A model generated the notes under the pieces. The model saw only the letters and a program-made list of their open reading frames with translations. It ran no database searches and was not told the DNA's origin. Shown in pieces: positions 60,195 to 64,000 of a DNA stretch of 64,000 nucleotides; position 1 is the first letter of the stretch; each line of letters begins with the position of its first letter. The stretch covers positions 4,800,001 to 4,864,000 of the forward strand of contig CAVUSO010000001.1 in NCBI GenBank assembly GCA_963744145.1, given 5' to 3'. This DNA is from an uncultured cyanobacterium (GTDB lineage Bacteria > Cyanobacteriota > Cyanobacteriia > Cyanobacteriales > CAWUOF01). The position numbers were made by a program, and so were the translations under genes.

Positions 60195-61595
60195 TTACTG
60201 TTTTCTTTCCCGCTTATCTACGCCCATTTGTTCAACTCTTGCAGCTAAATCAATTCCAACTACTACGGTAATATCTGACCAAATATCTCCGGTTGATTCT
60301 ACTTTTATTTGACCAATTCCGAGCTCATCTTTCAGAGCTTGTGCTACTTGCTGATTACCATTTTGAACAATTATTTGACTTTCGGATAAAGGCATTTTGG
60401 CTGAATCAACTTCGTGGTCGCTAATATAAGCATTTTCAAAACCTTGATTTTGAAAAAATACTAAAGTCTTTATTCCTGACTCTTCTCGACCAGTAGCATT
60501 TAAAATCGCGATTTTTGTTGACTTGAGAGCAGCAGCATAATCTGTCTTTTCATTGACTTTTTTATCTTCAGCAATTTGGGTGTGAAAATCAAAATATTGC
60601 TCTAAAATTGGACTAGCTTTTTCCGGATCTTCAATCCAATAACTCAGGGGATATTCATGGGGACGACTAAACCGACCCGGCAGCATGACCATATTCATTT
60701 TTTCTTTACCACTACTAACTAAAAACTGTCCGATCGCTAACATTTCGCTAATTTCTAAATTAGTATCAATATTATTTTTTGCTACTTGCAATATTTCCGG
60801 TAGTTTCACAATCGTTCTGGGTTGTAATACTGACTGTAATAATGCTTTTAAAACTTGTTGCTGACGCTGAACTCTACCAATATCTCCTAATTCATCATGA
60901 CGAAAGCGCACATATTCTTGTAAATGCTGACCATTAAGTCTTTGTTCCCCAGCTTTAAAGCTAATTTTTAGTTTTTGGGAGTGATCTTCATAGTGCATAT
61001 CCTTGGGAATATTAATTTCCACGCCCCCTAAAGAATCGACGATCCGAGCAAATGCTTCAGTATCAATTCTGACGTAACGGTGAATGGGAATATTTGACAA
61101 CGCATTACTAACGATTTTTACAGCTAGTTGCGCTCCACCTACGACGTTAGCATCGTTAATTTTATCAATTCCAACACCTGCAATTTGCACCAGTGTATCC
61201 CTGGGGATCGATAAAATATTAATTTGGTGTGTAGCTGGAATTAAGCGCACCAATAACATGGTATCACTATTACCTGCTAGTCCTTCTGCCACAGTATATT
61301 TATCTACATCATCATGTCCAGAGTTATCAATTCCTAAAAGTAAAATATTGACTGGTTGCCCTAATGTGGCGGGTATAATTGAACTTAAGCTTTCAGATAT
61401 CTGTGGTGTTTGTACTGTTTTTTTATCGATTTTGAGCGGAGTTGCTGCTAGTAATAAAGCAGACAGAGCCCCAAAAGCACAGGAAACTCCAGCCACACCT
61501 ACTAAAAATAGCTTAGGCCAAATTTTTTTCATGCCACCGACCAATTGATTTTGATTCATATTGCGATGGTTTTGACCCATTGATTTTTTGTTCAT
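60195..61595 (-). CDS. LCP (LytR-CpsA-Psr) family protein with LytR_C domain
   Basis: NILLLGID, SDTMLL, SIPRDT, KINDA, YVRFRHD..GDIGRVQRQQ; ILNATG C-terminal domain. Confidence 0.93.
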   Translation of the reverse strand: MNKKSMGQNHRNMNQNQLVGGMKKIWPKLFLVGVAGVSCAFGALSALLLAATPLKIDKKTVQTPQISESLSSIIPATLGQPVNILLLGIDNSGHDDVDKYTVAEGLAGNSDTMLLVRLIPATHQINILSIPRDTLVQIAGVGIDKINDANVVGGAQLAVKIVSNALSNIPIHRYVRIDTEAFARIVDSLGGVEINIPKDMHYEDHSQKLKISFKAGEQRLNGQHLQEYVRFRHDELGDIGRVQRQQQVLKALLQSVLQPRTIVKLPEILQVAKNNIDTNLEISEMLAIGQFLVSSGKEKMNMVMLPGRFSRPHEYPLSYWIEDPEKASPILEQYFDFHTQIAEDKKVNEKTDYAAALKSTKIAILNATGREESGIKTLVFFQNQGFENAYISDHEVDSAKMPLSESQIIVQNGNQQVAQALKDELGIGQIKVESTGDIWSDITVVVGIDLAARVEQMGVDKRERKQ

Positions 61596-62878
61596 TTTTT
61601 ACTCTCCTCATCCACACCTTTTCTAAAATTTCTGTAAGCTAATAAAGCCATACCATAAGCTGCTGCTGTTTGAGTCGATTTGAACACTGATACCTGTAAG
61701 TAACGTCTCCGAATCGCAGTCCAAACCGAGTTTTTTGCACCTCCTCCCGCAGTATAAACCCGAATTAGTCGGGTAGCACCCAATTCTTGCAATAGATGAT
61801 AACCCTGTGCTTCGATCCGAGCAATACTTTCGAGCAAACCATGCAAAAATTCAACGGGATCAGCGGGACGTGGCTCTAGTCTTGGTGGTAGTTTGGGATC
61901 ATTAATGGGAAACCGATCGCCTGGCTTAATCAAAGGATAATACTCTAAATAACTTTGTTGGTCAGGATCGATTTTTATACTGAGGTTTTCTATTTCCGCA
62001 TCAGTAAAAAATTGTCTTAATACTATACCACCAGTATTAGATGCTCCTCCAGTCAACCATAAATCTCCCAGACGATGACTATAAATTCCATACCGACTAT
62101 CATCTACCCGATCGCGACTGAGTAATTTTAACACTAAGGTTGACCCCAGCGAAGTGACTGCTTCCCCTGGTACTTCAGCCCCACTTGCTAAAAATGCGGC
62201 GATGCTATCAGTTGTCCCTGCACATACAACACAATTTTTCCTGATTCCAAATTCCTTCGCAATTTTTGAGCTGATTTCACCAATAATTGTCCCTGGTTTG
62301 ACAATTTCTGGTAAATGTGGTAAGCATTTAATCTCATAAATCCAATTGGGATAGGATAAGGTTTCTGGATCATAACCAAGTTTTAAGGCATTATGATAGT
62401 CACTGATCCCGATTTTCCCATGGAGCAGAAATGCTAACCAATCTGCTTGATGCAAAAAATAGCAGTTTTCGCTAATCGATCGATAATTTTCAATTAACCA
62501 TAAAAGCTTTACTAAACTAGAAGTTGCACTTAAAACAATATGGTTTGGTGGTGCAATTTTCCTTAAATTTTCGATCAGACTTTCTCCACGACCATCATTA
62601 TATAAAATTGGCGCAGCGATCGGTTTACCTGTCTGATCACATAATAAAACCGTACCTGAAGTACCATCGATCGCGATCGCTTGAATTTCCTGACGTAAAT
62701 CCACCGGAATTTGGGCAATTAATCCAAATAAGGCTGATTCCCACATTCCGATCCAATCTTGAGCTTGACTAGGCGAATAAAAATTATAACATCCTTCTGC
62801 CTGAATAGCTCCATTTTCATCAATAACTAGCGATCGCGCTCCGGAAGTTCCAAAGTCAATTCCCAGATATAAACTCAT
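61592..62878 (-). CDS. FGGY-family carbohydrate kinase (D-ribulose kinase-like)
   Basis: LGIDFGTSGAR, IDGTSGT, GTTDSIAAF, TSLGSTL, GGASNTGG, TAGGGA. Confidence 0.92.
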   Translation of the reverse strand: MSLYLGIDFGTSGARSLVIDENGAIQAEGCYNFYSPSQAQDWIGMWESALFGLIAQIPVDLRQEIQAIAIDGTSGTVLLCDQTGKPIAAPILYNDGRGESLIENLRKIAPPNHIVLSATSSLVKLLWLIENYRSISENCYFLHQADWLAFLLHGKIGISDYHNALKLGYDPETLSYPNWIYEIKCLPHLPEIVKPGTIIGEISSKIAKEFGIRKNCVVCAGTTDSIAAFLASGAEVPGEAVTSLGSTLVLKLLSRDRVDDSRYGIYSHRLGDLWLTGGASNTGGIVLRQFFTDAEIENLSIKIDPDQQSYLEYYPLIKPGDRFPINDPKLPPRLEPRPADPVEFLHGLLESIARIEAQGYHLLQELGATRLIRVYTAGGGAKNSVWTAIRRRYLQVSVFKSTQTAAAYGMALLAYRNFRKGVDEESKK

Positions 62879-62881
62879 AAC

Positions 62882-64000
62882 CTATTTTTGGATATCTTGG
62901 CAAATATCGCGCTCATTATCGGTGAGATGAGCTGTAGAATTATCGAGATAATCATGGAGCCAATTACAACCATTTTTGAGAATTTCATTTAAATGAAAAT
63001 TCCAGATTAACATTTTGTCTTCACTCACTATAAATAACATTTTTTGATTTTTATCTGGATTAAAATTTACACTTGTTACCTCACTATTATAACCCTTCAA
63101 AGTATCTAATAAATTCCCATCACTACTCCAAATTCGGACTGTTTTATCATCACTACCAGAAGCAATTAAAGTTCCATCAGGACTAAAACTTACCCAATAT
63201 ACTTGACCAATATGACCTTCTAACGGACTACCGGTCATTTCTGTACCATCAAGATTCCACAATTTTATAGTTCTATCCTTACTCCCCGAAGCAATAATTT
63301 TGCCATCAGGACTAAAAACGACACTATTAACCGCAGCTTTATGTCCGGTGAAGGTATTGAGCAACTTACCAGCATTATTCCAGAGATTAACCGTTTTGTC
63401 ATCACTAGCCGAAGCAATTAATTTACCATCGGGACTAAAGCTCACCCAATTTACCCGATCCTTATGACCAGTCATCGTTTTTAAAACTTTACCTGTTCCC
63501 ACACTCCAAAGCTTGATCGTATGATCATCACTAGCTGAAGCAATCATCGTACCATCAGGACTAAAAGTCACCCAATTCACGGCTTGAGTATGTCCTGTAA
63601 AAGTTTGTAATAATTTACCATTACGATCCCATAATTTTATGGTTTTATCGTAACTACCACTCACAATTTGTTGACCGTTAGGACTAAAACTGACACTACT
63701 CACTACGTCTTGATGTCCGACTAGAGTATTAATTAATTTCCCTTGTAAAGACCAAATTTTTACCGTTTGATCTTTACTAGCTGTCGCGATCGCTAGTCCA
63801 TCTGGACTAAAATTAGCTCCTAACACATTAGCAGTTGCAAAAGCTGTGGATAAAATATTATTCAGTTTCCAGAGTTTAACGCTATTATCCACACTACCAG
63901 AAGCTAAGAGTTGACCATCGGGGCTAAAATTCACACTCAAAACACTATTACTATGTCCTTTCAACGTTTTCAATAAATTTCCATTTTGATCCCAGATATT
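62882..64000 (-). CDS. WD40-repeat protein, 3' part (5' end lies beyond the window)
   Basis: Repeated GH...V..V.FSPDG..IASAS.D.T.KLW units; C-terminal GCNWLHDYL. Confidence 0.92.
   Translation of the reverse strand, partial: NIWDQNGNLLKTLKGHSNSVLSVNFSPDGQLLASGSVDNSVKLWKLNNILSTAFATANVLGANFSPDGLAIATASKDQTVKIWSLQGKLINTLVGHQDVVSSVSFSPNGQQIVSGSYDKTIKLWDRNGKLLQTFTGHTQAVNWVTFSPDGTMIASASDDHTIKLWSVGTGKVLKTMTGHKDRVNWVSFSPDGKLIASASDDKTVNLWNNAGKLLNTFTGHKAAVNSVVFSPDGKIIASGSKDRTIKLWNLDGTEMTGSPLEGHIGQVYWVSFSPDGTLIASGSDDKTVRIWSSDGNLLDTLKGYNSEVTSVNFNPDKNQKMLFIVSEDKMLIWNFHLNEILKNGCNWLHDYLDNSTAHLTDNERDICQDIQK

Noticed and set aside
61084..61548. 154-aa + strand ORF and other antisense ORFs within long genes
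   Set aside because: Shadows of well-supported genes on the opposite strand.

Overview
Chromosome-like segment from a cyanobacterium, judged by the abundant HIP1 octamer GCGATCGC, REP/MITE-type palindromes and the gene content. 1-23.6 kb: complete type I-D CRISPR-Cas locus (divergent WYL regulator, cas3', cas10d with nested cas11d, cas7, cas5, cas6, cas4, cas1, cas2, leader) and one very large array of about 163 37-nt repeats (manual count). The array holds several abnormal spacers: 59- and 78-nt continuous phage ORF pieces, one carrying an inverted piece of the repeat, one reading as an intrinsic terminator, one tRNA-like, and three near-duplicate pairs. 24.2-33.8 kb: aminophosphonate utilisation cluster behind a Pho-box-like promoter (ABC transporter with a frameshifted binding-protein gene, PhnX-like HAD, FAD oxidoreductase, NUDIX, SLH-porin, PhnZ) with no phnW, phnY or C-P lyase genes. 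33.9-55.7 kb: mixed housekeeping and accessory genes, TA modules and relics, a mosaic FHA-like gene, ISAs1 debris, and an intact IS1634 nested in a MITE. 55.8-60 kb: VMAP/MoxR/vWA(SAV_2336)-GUN4 ternary conflict system whose VMAP gene appears 5'-truncated by a REP element. 60.2-64 kb: LCP protein, FGGY kinase, partial WD40 protein. Family calls come from motif recognition by eye; no database searches were run.
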